A DNA stretch of 64,000 nt from IMG/VR virus record IMGVR_UViG_3300036818_000127, positions 1 to 64,000 of that record; one strand, given 5' to 3'. The DNA comes from a virus. Position 1 is the stretch's first letter; the number at the start of each line of letters is the position of its first letter. The notes under the pieces are model-generated. The model did no database searches. It worked only from the letters and a program-made list of their open reading frames with translations, and was not told where the DNA came from. Position numbers and translations under genes: made by a program. Shown here piece by piece: positions 36,214 through 45,892 of the stretch.

Positions 36214-36741
36214 TTACCGTTCCTCACCCTTCTTAGGCAGGTATATAGCAATTCCGCTTGTCTGGATTGGTCCTCCGTCTTTGCCAGCTAATTCAATCTT
36301 CTGCACGATGCTAGCACCTCTTGCTTCTCTTTCAGCCTCAAGCGCCAATTTCAAGAGACTTACGCTTGCAAGTGCTCCGAACTTCTCAGCCTTGATAAGT
36401 TCCTCAATCTGCTTTATTGCACGTGCTTGCTGAGTTGTACCAATCAATGCTTGACGCTCATTCATTAGGTCAACTTCCTTCTCAAGCTTCTTCATCTTTT
36501 CTTCAGCTACTTTTGCAATCTGCTCTTGATCAAATTTCTTGGCACGTGCAACCCACTGATACTTGCTACTCCATTCCTCAAGTGTTCGTAAACGCACCGT
36601 CGCTTTGCCGTCGCTTTGCCGTCGCTTTGCTTTAATGACCTCTGCAAGCTTTGTAAGCGAGCGGTCTGGTCCTAGGTAGCAATATTCTAGGAAGGCTGCA
36701 GCGGCAGGCGGTGTCTCAATTTCTTCTTTTCTGTGGGCCAT
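36214..36741 (-). CDS. terS: Terminase small subunit
   Basis: N-terminal HTH (RSLTKLA..LEEWSSKYQW) and C-terminal KIELAGKDGGPI. Confidence 0.75.
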   Translation of the reverse strand: MAHRKEEIETPPAAAAFLEYCYLGPDRSLTKLAEVIKAKRRQSDGKATVRLRTLEEWSSKYQWVARAKKFDQEQIAKVAEEKMKKLEKEVDLMNERQALIGTTQQARAIKQIEELIKAEKFGALASVSLLKLALEAEREARGASIVQKIELAGKDGGPIQTSGIAIYLPKKGEER

Positions 36742-36745
36742 AGTC

Positions 36746-36952
36746 TTACTCTTCTTGCTCCAGTTGTTCGAGCAACTCTTCTAGCACGTCTACCTTGGAT
36801 TGCTTCCTTGCGGCATCTAATGCATCTTCACTCATTGTTTGAGAGTCCCCTGTCAGGACAGCGAGGCCGATCTTCTTCAGCAGCTCTGATGCCTCTGAAC
36901 TGTACTGCGCCTGGAGGATATAGATCATATCAGTAAACTGTTCTTTTCTCAT
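36746..36952 (-). CDS. Hypothetical protein
   Basis: 68-aa ORF within the operon. Confidence 0.55.
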   Translation of the reverse strand: MRKEQFTDMIYILQAQYSSEASELLKKIGLAVLTGDSQTMSEDALDAARKQSKVDVLEELLEQLEQEE

Positions 36953-37662
36953 ATTCTTTTGCTACCTCCAGAACCAGTGCATAAAAGCATACACGATAAA
37001 GTAGATAACCGTAGCTCCAACTGCAAGCCAGAATATAACCTGGAAGCATATGAGGATAGCAGTAAGGATGCCAACTCTCTTGATGGTCTTCTCTGTCCGC
37101 GCAAAGCTTCGATTGAACTGTTGTTCAAACTCTCTACCAAATGGATACATGTACTCTTTCCCTTCCTTTTAATCGGGATAGTTCTCAGTAAGTCTCTTAA
37201 CCACCGAGGTATAATGCTCTGTGTCAAGATCCCAGCCTTGTGCTTTACAGAAGAGATCAACAAGCTTGTCCATCCCATCTTCATCAAGGTAAGATAGGAA
37301 CGGGCCAGAGTCCTTTTCTGGAGCCGTTCCAACTTGTGGATAGAGAGGTCCAAGTCTGTATCATCCACAGTAAGCTTCAATCTGAACTTATCATTTTCGA
37401 GCTTTTCTGGATCGGGCTTTTGTGCATGGCAGTAAGGGCATACATTGATGATATGAGCATTGACAGTTACATCTACAGCAGGTGCATGCATCCAGAGGAT
37501 TGCTTGGGGCATACCATGGACATCAAGGTCAACAAGCCTTACATGAAAGATCTTATCAATGAATTGGCCTGTATCTGCATCGGTAATCTTGGTCTGGTAT
37601 CCTGGCCCACCGTCATTCTGGATGTGAACACGGCGCGGTGGCTGCGGCTTCTCTTCAGACAT
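36949..37662 (-). CDS. Hypothetical protein; the 3' half overlaps a small membrane ORF (36962..37150) and may be frameshifted
   Basis: GGAGG RBS and plausible N-terminal half with CPYC. Confidence 0.5.
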   Translation of the reverse strand: MSEEKPQPPRRVHIQNDGGPGYQTKITDADTGQFIDKIFHVRLVDLDVHGMPQAILWMHAPAVDVTVNAHIINVCPYCHAQKPDPEKLENDKFRLKLTVDDTDLDLSIHKLERLQKRTLARSYLTLMKMGWTSLLISSVKHKAGILTQSIIPRWLRDLLRTIPIKRKGKSTCIHLVESLNNSSIEALRGQRRPSRELASLLLSSYASRLYSGLQLELRLSTLSCMLLCTGSGGSKRI

Positions 37663-37677
37663 GATTAATCCCTCCTT

Positions 37678-38403
37678 TTAATTCTCACGGATAGCAATCC
37701 AGCCAGCGAAATTAAGATAGCGCCAGAAACAGTCAATCTGCTGGAAACCAGCCATATGCAATAGTTCCTCATTCCACCTTGCTGTCACAGGCACAAGCAC
37801 ACCCTCTAATGAAAGCCTCTTTCGCTCAATAGCCTCTTGGGAGTAGCCATTTGTTGCCTTGAGAGCATAGTAATTCTTGACGAGCAGGGTATCAATCTCG
37901 GCGCTTGATCCCAGAAGCTTCTCAACAAGGATAAACACGCCGCCAGGGACAGTGTGCTTGAAGACCTCGCGGATGATCCGCTGGCGATACTCTATAGGAA
38001 CAAATTGAAGAGTCAGAATAGAAAGCGTGACACTTGCCTTCTCTGGCGGGTAGTCCTTCCGAAGATCAAGGGAACGGATAGAGGCATGTGGTTCTATCCA
38101 CCCATTTGAAAACCGATCACTTGCACACTGCAACATCGGCTGACTTACCTCAATCCCGACACATGTCGTCTGGTGCCAGAACTTCTCAACAAATGGAGCT
38201 AGGGCATCGCCGCGAGCACACCCAAGGTCAACAATAGCCGTATGGGGTTTCACGAAGGGAGAAGCAATATCGAACACAGATTGCCGCATCACCTCATATT
38301 GAGGGATAGAGCGAACAAGCATGTCCTCAAAGACATCTGTGACACTCTGGTCAAAATCCCATTTGGCATCTGTAGGCATGTGCCCTATACTATCTTTTGT
38401 CAT
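37678..38403 (-). CDS. cmoA: Carboxy-S-adenosylmethionine synthase-like protein
   Basis: WDFDQSVTDVFEDMLVRSIPQY, DLGCARG, LTLQFVP, EK, KRLSLEGVL and NFAG, all matching the CmoA family pattern. Confidence 0.85.
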   Translation of the reverse strand: MTKDSIGHMPTDAKWDFDQSVTDVFEDMLVRSIPQYEVMRQSVFDIASPFVKPHTAIVDLGCARGDALAPFVEKFWHQTTCVGIEVSQPMLQCASDRFSNGWIEPHASIRSLDLRKDYPPEKASVTLSILTLQFVPIEYRQRIIREVFKHTVPGGVFILVEKLLGSSAEIDTLLVKNYYALKATNGYSQEAIERKRLSLEGVLVPVTARWNEELLHMAGFQQIDCFWRYLNFAGWIAIREN

Positions 38404-38412
38404 CGCTCTTTC

Positions 38413-38578
38413 CTACTTCAATTACTCTCTACTATTTGTAGAAAACTCTACAACTTTTTGGTTATGTACCCCAGGAAAGGGCCATACAACTAAGAGAGGA
38501 TAGATTACCCTACCTGACCATAAAACTTCCAGAATGGCACTACAGTGGCACCTGGTCCAATTGCTGGTTATACCCGTT
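38413..38578 (-). repeat. Dispersed ~166-nt element, copy C
   Basis: Homologous to copies A and B; overlaps the AdoMetDC 3' end and ends at the cmoA RBS. Confidence 0.85.
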
Positions 38579-38938
38579 TCTTGGTGATCTATTTGCTCTC
38601 ATAATGAGATGAGCCTCAATATCATCTGTTTGGAAGATCTCTTTTGCAAAGGCAATTGCATCCTCCTGGCTAAATTCCTTGCAAGAGCAAATATCAATAT
38701 CAACCTCGCCGTGCTCCGGCCACGTATGCAGACTAACATGACTCTCTGCAATGATGACGAATCCTGATAGACCGGAATCTGCATAGCTCGGTGTTTGGAT
38801 ATTGTAGAGGGATGCTGGGCTTACCTTCTCCATCCCGATGCGAGAGGGATACTCATCAAGGATGCGGCGCATAAGTAATTCGTTACTCAGGATAGCTCGA
38901 TCAATATCGTACATTTCTAACATTAAGTGGATGAGCAT
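38540..38938 (-). CDS. speD: Pyruvoyl-dependent S-adenosylmethionine decarboxylase family protein
   Basis: GLSGFVIIAESHVSLHTWPE..DICSC (ESH self-cleavage site). Confidence 0.88.
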   Translation of the reverse strand: MLIHLMLEMYDIDRAILSNELLMRRILDEYPSRIGMEKVSPASLYNIQTPSYADSGLSGFVIIAESHVSLHTWPEHGEVDIDICSCKEFSQEDAIAFAKEIFQTDDIEAHLIMRANRSPRNGYNQQLDQVPL

Positions 38939-38953
38939 GCTAGTTCTTTCCTC

Positions 38954-39466
38954 CTATAAAGATCCTGTCTTGAGTGCGTCGATTTTCCTCTGAAGATACC
39001 AGGAGAAAAACCCTTCATTTCTTTTTTGGAATTCAGGATCTTTCCAGGCATTGCCATCAATAGTGCCCCGACATTCAGGACTCCCACATTGACACTGCAT
39101 GCTCCAGACCCCATCATATCTCTCTGTTGTTTCATAATCGAAACATAGCTCTTCGCCTGCCAGGATATCACGGCGGGCAATGAATACCGTTTGGCCTTGC
39201 ACGCCGATATTCGGAGAGCAGCTATGATTCACCCCATAGGATTTCAGGTGGGGCACCCCGAGATAGACGTTATCACAAACATGATAGAAATTATCTGAGA
39301 TGGAGCGAGGAAAAGCATCAGTTTCCTCTTCAGTGATAATGTCCCCACCATATACAAAAGCGATTTCACCTTCTGGAATGAACTCTGTAGCAAAGAGGCC
39401 GATACCCTGGACAGGGCTGTTCTTGAATTCGCTCTTTGGCGAAAAGTAGGAATAATATTTATGCAT
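38954..39466 (-). CDS. SET-domain methyltransferase with post-SET
   Basis: GIGLFA, NHSCSPN, ARRDILAGEELCFDY and CQCGSPECRG. Confidence 0.9.
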   Translation of the reverse strand: MHKYYSYFSPKSEFKNSPVQGIGLFATEFIPEGEIAFVYGGDIITEEETDAFPRSISDNFYHVCDNVYLGVPHLKSYGVNHSCSPNIGVQGQTVFIARRDILAGEELCFDYETTERYDGVWSMQCQCGSPECRGTIDGNAWKDPEFQKRNEGFFSWYLQRKIDALKTGSL

Positions 39467-40319
39467 TAGGAACTCCTTGGTGGATCTCACTAAAAAGACG
39501 GCGGTAAATGACAATAATTGCCTTCGCATGGCTTACATTGTACTTTGACTGAAGAAGCGTGTCATGCCACTCACGAAGTCCGCTGTTGATTTGCAATGGA
39601 CTATTTGTTCGGTACCATTTCCCACATTTCCAGAACTCAGGGAAGGCGCGGATAGCTAATCCCTTCTGGACAGGGATGTGGATATCATAGGATTTGCAAG
39701 AAAGAAGAAAGTCTATGAGGTCAGGATTGCGAAAGGAATCATAGATCTGTACCCCACATGAAAGTGCTGTTTTTATACAACTTATATCTGAACCACCTTC
39801 CCAAGCAAGCCATTCACGCCGCTTCTGCGTAAACCATTCCTCCCCATGTTCCTTGATACCTACAGAAAAAAAGCGAGATACGCCCCATAAGTCATCAGCA
39901 TTCATTGCGAATGATGCATCACGGTACCCATCATTAAAAGCTGCTTCTGCAAGATAGAGGAATGGATGCGCACATTGTATATGTATTTTTCTGAGTCTAC
40001 AGACAATTGGCAGCACACGGCGAATATCGGCAATGAGTGTTTCCTCATTCTGAGGGATTGAGACAATCGTATGGGGGATATCAAAGTACTTGCAGACAGA
40101 TCGAGAGACCTTTGCATCACTACTCTCACGGTTCCCTACCTGGAAGGTATAGCAGTGTGGTGGCTTATATCCGAGCGAGAGAATACCAGCAAGGTTTGTC
40201 ATACTATCAGTTCCGCCGCTTAGCATCAGCGGCATAGACACATAGGGCTTGATTGCCTCTTGGAACAGAGATCGGAATGTCTGCGCCTGCTGCTCTTGCT
40301 GTCTGCTCACTGCTCGCAT
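39459..40319 (-). CDS. Asparagine-synthetase-like ATP-dependent amide ligase (synthetase domain only)
   Basis: LMLSGGTDS PP-loop and NADDLWG; no glutaminase domain. Confidence 0.75.
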   Translation of the reverse strand: MRAVSRQQEQQAQTFRSLFQEAIKPYVSMPLMLSGGTDSMTNLAGILSLGYKPPHCYTFQVGNRESSDAKVSRSVCKYFDIPHTIVSIPQNEETLIADIRRVLPIVCRLRKIHIQCAHPFLYLAEAAFNDGYRDASFAMNADDLWGVSRFFSVGIKEHGEEWFTQKRREWLAWEGGSDISCIKTALSCGVQIYDSFRNPDLIDFLLSCKSYDIHIPVQKGLAIRAFPEFWKCGKWYRTNSPLQINSGLREWHDTLLQSKYNVSHAKAIIVIYRRLFSEIHQGVPNA

Positions 40320-41749
40320 TGATCTAGTATCCTCTCCTGTATCGTCTTGGCTACCTTTTCCATCATCACAGGAGGCACTGCACGGCCAAGTCGCTCCCAT
40401 TGCTGTGAATAGGTCCCTGTCAGAATAAAATCATCTGGAAATGCACAGATCCTCTTCAGTTCAGCAATAGAAAATTTCCGCTTCTCAGTTGGATGGGTAA
40501 CGCCAGCAGCAGCAGCAGGTGACCATGCAGTGCCAGCAGTCTGGGTGACAGTAGGGCATGGGCCATCAAGGGGTGCTCGCTGTAGAGAGAAGTATTTTTG
40601 ACTCTGTTCTCCAGGCTTTAATTTATCCCATTCCCTGCCGATTGCAAACTTGCTAATATCAGATTCAGGCTCAACAATCTGTTCCTCTATCCAGTGTGTT
40701 CCTACTGATCCAGATAAAACTGTTGGGCTCGGCTGGTCAGTAATATCGCTGCCATTACCAAAGGCCCCGCGATCATCACGGATAGCACGGATAGGGACAT
40801 GCTGTTCCTCGATATACCATTGCTGCATTGTCGTCAAGGTCGGAGAGGGAGTATCTGTAATGTCCCCCTTGCTATATTGAGGTTGGCCTTTTGCATCATG
40901 GATCGCACGTACAGGAATAGCTTCAATAAGGCTAGAAGGGGAAAGCCCATTTCCAAATGCTGGACTTGCGCCAATAGTGCCGCTAGGTGAGGTGGATGTA
41001 TCTCTCCATCCCTCTGTCCCGAATACTGGTCCAGCGCCTTGTCTGATGATCCAGGGCAATGCCTCACGTACTGTATAGGTATAAGGAAGTGGAGCCGGAT
41101 GGGCTGGCCTTATCTTGTACTGCTCAACAAGATCATTTCTCACACCGACAAAGATAAGGCGTTGGCGCATCTGGGGGACACCGAGCCACTGCGCATCAAG
41201 GATCTTGGCCTCAACAGTATAGCCACATGATTTTAGTTCCTTCAGTATCTCTAGGAAGTAGCCTTTAGCTGTCCCCTTCACAAGCCCGCTCACATTCTCA
41301 GCAACAAATACCTTTGGCTGTAATCCCTTGAGAAGTCGTACATATTCAAAGAAGAGATCATCAACCCGCTGGCGCGTATCACTGTAATCCTTGACTTTGC
41401 CCCAGCTTGCCTCACGCTTTCCAGCAGTTGAGAATGATGCACAGGGAGGACTTCCTTCAAAGACATCAAGCTCACCCTGATTTAGATGTATAGCTTTTAA
41501 AATCTCATCTGGTTTTATTTTACGGATATCACGCGCATCAAGAATAGAATGAGGATGATTAGCTTTATAGGTATCTCGTGCTGCTGGTATAAATTCATTT
41601 GCCCAAAGAATACGGTACCCTGCAAGACGGAATCCAAGGCAACTTCCGCCACACCCTGAGAATGTACTTACAACATTACGGCCATTCCATGGTATTTGTT
41701 CTATTTCCCTCATTGAAGGGACTCTGTAAGGAGGCTTGTCTTTTATCAT
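40307..41749 (-). CDS. DNA cytosine-C5 transferase, probably a carboxymethyltransferase
   Basis: FSGCGG, GSPPC, ENV and QMRQR motifs; motif X reads GRAV instead of GNAV; ATGA overlap with the upstream gene. Confidence 0.9.
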   Translation of the reverse strand: MIKDKPPYRVPSMREIEQIPWNGRNVVSTFSGCGGSCLGFRLAGYRILWANEFIPAARDTYKANHPHSILDARDIRKIKPDEILKAIHLNQGELDVFEGSPPCASFSTAGKREASWGKVKDYSDTRQRVDDLFFEYVRLLKGLQPKVFVAENVSGLVKGTAKGYFLEILKELKSCGYTVEAKILDAQWLGVPQMRQRLIFVGVRNDLVEQYKIRPAHPAPLPYTYTVREALPWIIRQGAGPVFGTEGWRDTSTSPSGTIGASPAFGNGLSPSSLIEAIPVRAIHDAKGQPQYSKGDITDTPSPTLTTMQQWYIEEQHVPIRAIRDDRGAFGNGSDITDQPSPTVLSGSVGTHWIEEQIVEPESDISKFAIGREWDKLKPGEQSQKYFSLQRAPLDGPCPTVTQTAGTAWSPAAAAGVTHPTEKRKFSIAELKRICAFPDDFILTGTYSQQWERLGRAVPPVMMEKVAKTIQERILDQCEQ

Positions 41750-42342
41750 TTCGGCTTTCCAGACCATTGATAGCTGCATTTTGGGCAACAGTATTCTGTA
41801 TCGATACCTTCATCATAGCTCTTGAAATCATCTGGTGATTCCCTGCCATCATCCTCCTCATCTAGATAGGCATCCCCGAGCTTTTCTAACATCTGGCGGA
41901 GTGCTTCCCCGTCCGTCCCGAGACTTGCAAGATCAAACCCCGCCTGCTCCTGTTCCTCTAAGAGCTGGGCCAGGGACAATTCATCTGGTTCAGCTTTATT
42001 CCCTAAGTGATTGTCGCTAACCATATAGCCTTTGGCGTCTAATATGCTCCACTCTGGAGGTGCGATAACAACAGCCCAGCTATTGAGGTGAGCATACTTT
42101 GCAGGGTTTTCTGCATACAGTTCTTTTGCTGCCTCAGTGATTCCATGACCAGCAAGGATAATGTACTGTTCCTCGCCGACAGCCTGCTGGACGACAATGG
42201 GGCGCACCTGCTTGTACCTCATAAGTGAGGCTTTTAGGTCTGCAATTTGAGCAGGTGGATGTTGATTGTAGTTGGCCGGATGACCTTCAAGGCTATCAAG
42301 GGTTACTCTTTTGAATTGGACCTCATTGCTTGTTGCAGGCAT
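41746..42342 (-). CDS. ParB/Srx-like N-terminal domain protein with C-terminal Zn ribbon
   Basis: HPANYNQH..LKASL..PIVV..ILAGHG, SDN and CPKCSYQW. Confidence 0.8.
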   Translation of the reverse strand: MPATSNEVQFKRVTLDSLEGHPANYNQHPPAQIADLKASLMRYKQVRPIVVQQAVGEEQYIILAGHGITEAAKELYAENPAKYAHLNSWAVVIAPPEWSILDAKGYMVSDNHLGNKAEPDELSLAQLLEEQEQAGFDLASLGTDGEALRQMLEKLGDAYLDEEDDGRESPDDFKSYDEGIDTEYCCPKCSYQWSGKPK

Positions 42343-42360
42343 GAATGTCTCCATTAAAAC

Positions 42361-42435
42361 AAAAAGGACACTTTTCAACCTCATAGTATGAGGGAAAAGC
42401 GCCTGATGCATATTGCATTGTCTAAGCGTTATGTA
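42361..42435 (-). terminator. Intrinsic terminator with the same upstream 16-nt box as 19743-19758
   Basis: TACATAACGCTTAGAC-N12-ATCAGGCG hairpin plus T tract. Confidence 0.65.
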
Positions 42436-42446
42436 TTCTGTTTTTG

Positions 42447-42710
42447 TTAGTCTTGAGGCTGAGAAACTGCTACTCCGTTATACAAACCATACCTTTTACT
42501 TGGTCTTTTGTGTTTGTATGCTCTATTCGTTATGGAGTACGTCTTCGTACCCAGCCTCATCCCTTGGCCGTCATTCTGGAACTTAAATTCAACACGGCCA
42601 TGACCGCCCTCTCGCTCAATGAGGCGTTTACTGCTCTGGAGGTAGGCATACATCTCCAGGTCCTCATCGTTTGGTCCAGTCGGCAAGATTGAACTATTCT
42701 CTGAATCCAT
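42447..42710 (-). CDS. Hypothetical protein
   Basis: 87-aa ORF with AGGA RBS. Confidence 0.55.
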   Translation of the reverse strand: MDSENSSILPTGPNDEDLEMYAYLQSSKRLIEREGGHGRVEFKFQNDGQGMRLGTKTYSITNRAYKHKRPSKRYGLYNGVAVSQPQD

Positions 42711-42929
42711 TGTATCCTATTCTTCTATGCTATAGGGACAATTATTCTAATAACAATGTAACATACGTTCGATATATAAATCAAGTGGACAAGCGGACAT
42801 GACACAAAAGAAGGAAGGGGTTTACCTCTAGATACTGAAATGTGTTGAAGAAATCAGAACTACGAGGTAGTTAGGAAGTACTCGGCCACGTTTATAGTAG
42901 AATCCCCTCCTGTCATCATCATAACATAT

Positions 42930-44159
42930 CTATAGTCTTTTGTTCATCAGCAAATGGACCCTACTCTTTTCTGCTACAATTTTGGGTATATGTTTTTCTA
43001 GAGAGAGTACAGTGCCGTGCTTCTGGAAAATATATTCTGAAACATCCATGTGCTCAAATACATAGGGCTTAAATACTGTATCCGATAAGTCCTCAACAAA
43101 ATAAGCCTTACTAGGCAAGTTCTCAATAAGAAGAGTAAATAATGCAGCATAGACACCAACAATCACCTGCATGCATGTTCCATTTGTGCCATTGGCAGCA
43201 AAGTTGAGTGCTGAATTAAAGTAGTATACTTTTTTATCATCATAGTCCAAGATGACACCAATATTATCTGAACCATTGATAGGGATGAGTATATTATCAC
43301 CATGAACAAGATCTGCATGACTGACATGATGTTTCCTGCTATAGATGTCATCCATATAATCCATTGTCTTCATGTGGATGGCATAGATGAATTGAGAGGG
43401 GATATCATACTTTTGTGCAATAGATACATTTTCATCATGCAGGATAATAAGTCCTTGGGGATAGGCATCCAGTTTCATAATAGGAGAGAGAAGAGGCTCC
43501 ATATCCATTCTATGTTTCAGTCCATTAGGGAAAAGTTCTCTAAGCTGATCTCTTCCGAGCATTATCCCGCTAGGGCTGCTGACTGCCTCGACTAGGAACT
43601 CATGAATAGACCATGTGATCGTAGGCATCCATTTTTCCCGAGCAGTTGACGTATCATATTCAAAATGGATAACCTCTCGCGGGACCCCATATTTTTCAAT
43701 GCCATACTGCACCCACATATTCACAACCCCTGGATTCATTCCAGTACAGAGAATATGAGGGGCACCTGTAAGTACCTCTTTCCTATCATAGATATCACGA
43801 ATAAGCTCTAAGCAGGATTGGTCATCATTATTCATGCATGCATTGACATAAGAGACATGAGCCTTATTTGTTGCTTCTAGGATAGGAAGTGAATCAGCAT
43901 CAGTCAGGTCCAGAACGATATCAATATGATACCTTTCGAGAATAGCAACGTAGTCAGCATAATCTGAGGTAAGTTCTTTTTGTATAAATGTGTAATCTAG
44001 CTTCTTGTGGTCAAGGCGTGGATTAACAAGAACACCATTAGACATATCAAGAAGAACGACTGTACCAAACATCTCTCTATAGAAAGGCAGATAGAGAAGG
44101 ACTGCATTAGAGATACTTCCAGAAGCACCAAGCAGCAGTAGGTTTTTTATTCTACTCAA
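42930..44159 (-). CDS. Homospermidine synthase / saccharopine dehydrogenase-like protein
   Basis: Rossmann GASGSIS, GMNPGVVN and TWSIHEFLVE motifs. Confidence 0.75.
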   Translation of the reverse strand: MSRIKNLLLLGASGSISNAVLLYLPFYREMFGTVVLLDMSNGVLVNPRLDHKKLDYTFIQKELTSDYADYVAILERYHIDIVLDLTDADSLPILEATNKAHVSYVNACMNNDDQSCLELIRDIYDRKEVLTGAPHILCTGMNPGVVNMWVQYGIEKYGVPREVIHFEYDTSTAREKWMPTITWSIHEFLVEAVSSPSGIMLGRDQLRELFPNGLKHRMDMEPLLSPIMKLDAYPQGLIILHDENVSIAQKYDIPSQFIYAIHMKTMDYMDDIYSRKHHVSHADLVHGDNILIPINGSDNIGVILDYDDKKVYYFNSALNFAANGTNGTCMQVIVGVYAALFTLLIENLPSKAYFVEDLSDTVFKPYVFEHMDVSEYIFQKHGTVLSLEKHIPKIVAEKSRVHLLMNKRL

Positions 44160-44374
44160 GAGCGTACCTTCTCCTTAATGATGCATGCTTCGATATCTTC
44201 TCTATTATAGAGTATTCGGTTACCGACAGGCTCAGTACGAACAGGATTTCTCTTCCTCTGTGATAGTCTCCTTATGTATTTTGGAGAGATCGGACGCTTA
44301 TATTTCAAGCTCAACAGTTCAGAGGCATCATGAGCAGAAATGTAGTCAGCAAGAGCGATGATTTTTCTTGGCAT
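44156..44374 (-). CDS. Small HTH protein (possible excisionase or regulator)
   Basis: YISAHDASELL..LYNREDI; divergent from the integrase. Confidence 0.65.
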   Translation of the reverse strand: MPRKIIALADYISAHDASELLSLKYKRPISPKYIRRLSQRKRNPVRTEPVGNRILYNREDIEACIIKEKVRS

Positions 44375-44431
44375 GCAATGTATCTCCTGGCATATATCTA
44401 GCTCTTTCTAGTATATCACAAAAAAGAGGGG

Positions 44432-44479
44432 CCTAGGACACATAAAAGGCTTGACACAAGGAGTCCTAGGATGTAAAAT
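44432..44479 (+). promoter_or_regulatory. Integrase promoter with overlapping inverted repeat
   Basis: TTGACA(44451)-17-TAAAAT; CCTAGGAC...GTCCTAGG. Confidence 0.6.
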
Positions 44480-44526
44480 GAGAGGGTCTAGGTACCGATT
44501 ATTTAAGATAATCAGTATCCAGACAA

Positions 44527-45549
44527 ATGGAGGTACTCATGGAATATGAAGTTATCCCTGTTCATTCCACTCTTGACCAAGTTGGGCAAAGTGAGAATGT
44601 CATCTCAGCAAACAATGCTTTTAAGGACTATCATGACAGGATAGACCCAAATACTTTTGCACGTCAAAGTTATGACATGGCACTCTTTTGCGCATTTATT
44701 GCAAGCAAGAAAGTGCTAGTAGACAAAGATGAGCTATTATCCAGTCCCAGAGCATGGTTAGATATCACTCACGGAATGATTGACAGCTTTGCAAAATGGA
44801 TGATAGAAGAAGGCTTTGCTATAGGCTCAATAAATATACGTTTATCTACTGTAAAGACGTACTTCAAGCTTGCTTCTAGAGCAGGCTATATTCAACCTGA
44901 TGAAGCAGTAAAAGCCCATTTTGTAAAAGGGTACAGCTACAAGCAAGGGCTAAACGTTGATGAACGAAGGGAGATAAAGCGCAAGGATAAGAGCAAGAAA
45001 GCTGAGCCCATACCATTAACAAAAGAGCAAACGGATCTACTTAAAAAGCATCCAAATACACCACAAGGGCGACGTGATGCCTTGCTTATGTGCTTGCTCT
45101 TAGATCATGGTTTACGATGTGGGGAGGTTGCAGACCTTACACGTGCCAATATTCAACTTACCTCTGGAATACTTACCTTTCATAGGGAGAAAACCAAAGA
45201 AGAGGATAAGCATAAACTCACGAATGATACATTGGTTGCCCTCATGAGGTACTTTGAAGTCTACCATCCAACTGGCAAGCTCATAGCTGGCAGCCATAGG
45301 AGCGGCCAACTTATGGGGGAAATGAGCAGAAGAGCCATAACTAAGCGTGTACAAGTCTTAGGGGAGCAGATACTTGGGATAAAGAATCTCTCAGCGCATG
45401 ATTGCAGACACGCTTGGGTGGAAGCTGCCATACGAGGGGGAACCAATATCAAGACGCTCCAACAAGCGGGTGGCTGGTCAAGTCCCGCTATGCCACTGAG
45501 ATACGCCGCAAAGGCTGAAATTTCAAATGAAGGAGTAAAACTAGGATGA
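44527..45549 (+). CDS. int: Tyrosine recombinase / integrase
   Basis: GLRCGE, K, HDCRH and GW..M..RY catalytic residues. Confidence 0.92.
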   Translation: MEVLMEYEVIPVHSTLDQVGQSENVISANNAFKDYHDRIDPNTFARQSYDMALFCAFIASKKVLVDKDELLSSPRAWLDITHGMIDSFAKWMIEEGFAIGSINIRLSTVKTYFKLASRAGYIQPDEAVKAHFVKGYSYKQGLNVDERREIKRKDKSKKAEPIPLTKEQTDLLKKHPNTPQGRRDALLMCLLLDHGLRCGEVADLTRANIQLTSGILTFHREKTKEEDKHKLTNDTLVALMRYFEVYHPTGKLIAGSHRSGQLMGEMSRRAITKRVQVLGEQILGIKNLSAHDCRHAWVEAAIRGGTNIKTLQQAGGWSSPAMPLRYAAKAEISNEGVKLG

Positions 45550-45887
45550 ACCAACCAAATGATGACCGCTTCAAGAAGATAGAGGAACGCATTGACAAAC
45601 TGGAACAAGAGAATACAAAGAGCATAGAAGCTGAGCGGCTCCTGCTCCGGCTATCAAGGATGCATGACGTGAACGTAAAGGAACTGCTCGCCCTTTGCGG
45701 AAGGATCGATCTTGATACAGGAGATGCACGCGAGCGATTTGACGTGATTGAGAGGACTCTTTTCGATCATGGGAATAAGCTTGACAGAATAGAGGAACAC
45801 CAGTTCAAGCAAGATGACAGGCTTGGCAGGATAGAGGAATTGCTTGTACAGTTGGTTACTAGACTACCACAGCCAGAGGGGGAATAG
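45546..45887 (+). CDS. Coiled-coil hypothetical protein
   Basis: Heptad repeats; ATGA overlap with int. Confidence 0.7.
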   Translation: MNQPNDDRFKKIEERIDKLEQENTKSIEAERLLLRLSRMHDVNVKELLALCGRIDLDTGDARERFDVIERTLFDHGNKLDRIEEHQFKQDDRLGRIEELLVQLVTRLPQPEGE

Positions 45888-45892
45888 GGAGA

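Noticed and set aside
44375-44526. attP site
   Set aside because: Only a promoter and short palindromes; no core or arm repeats can be supported.
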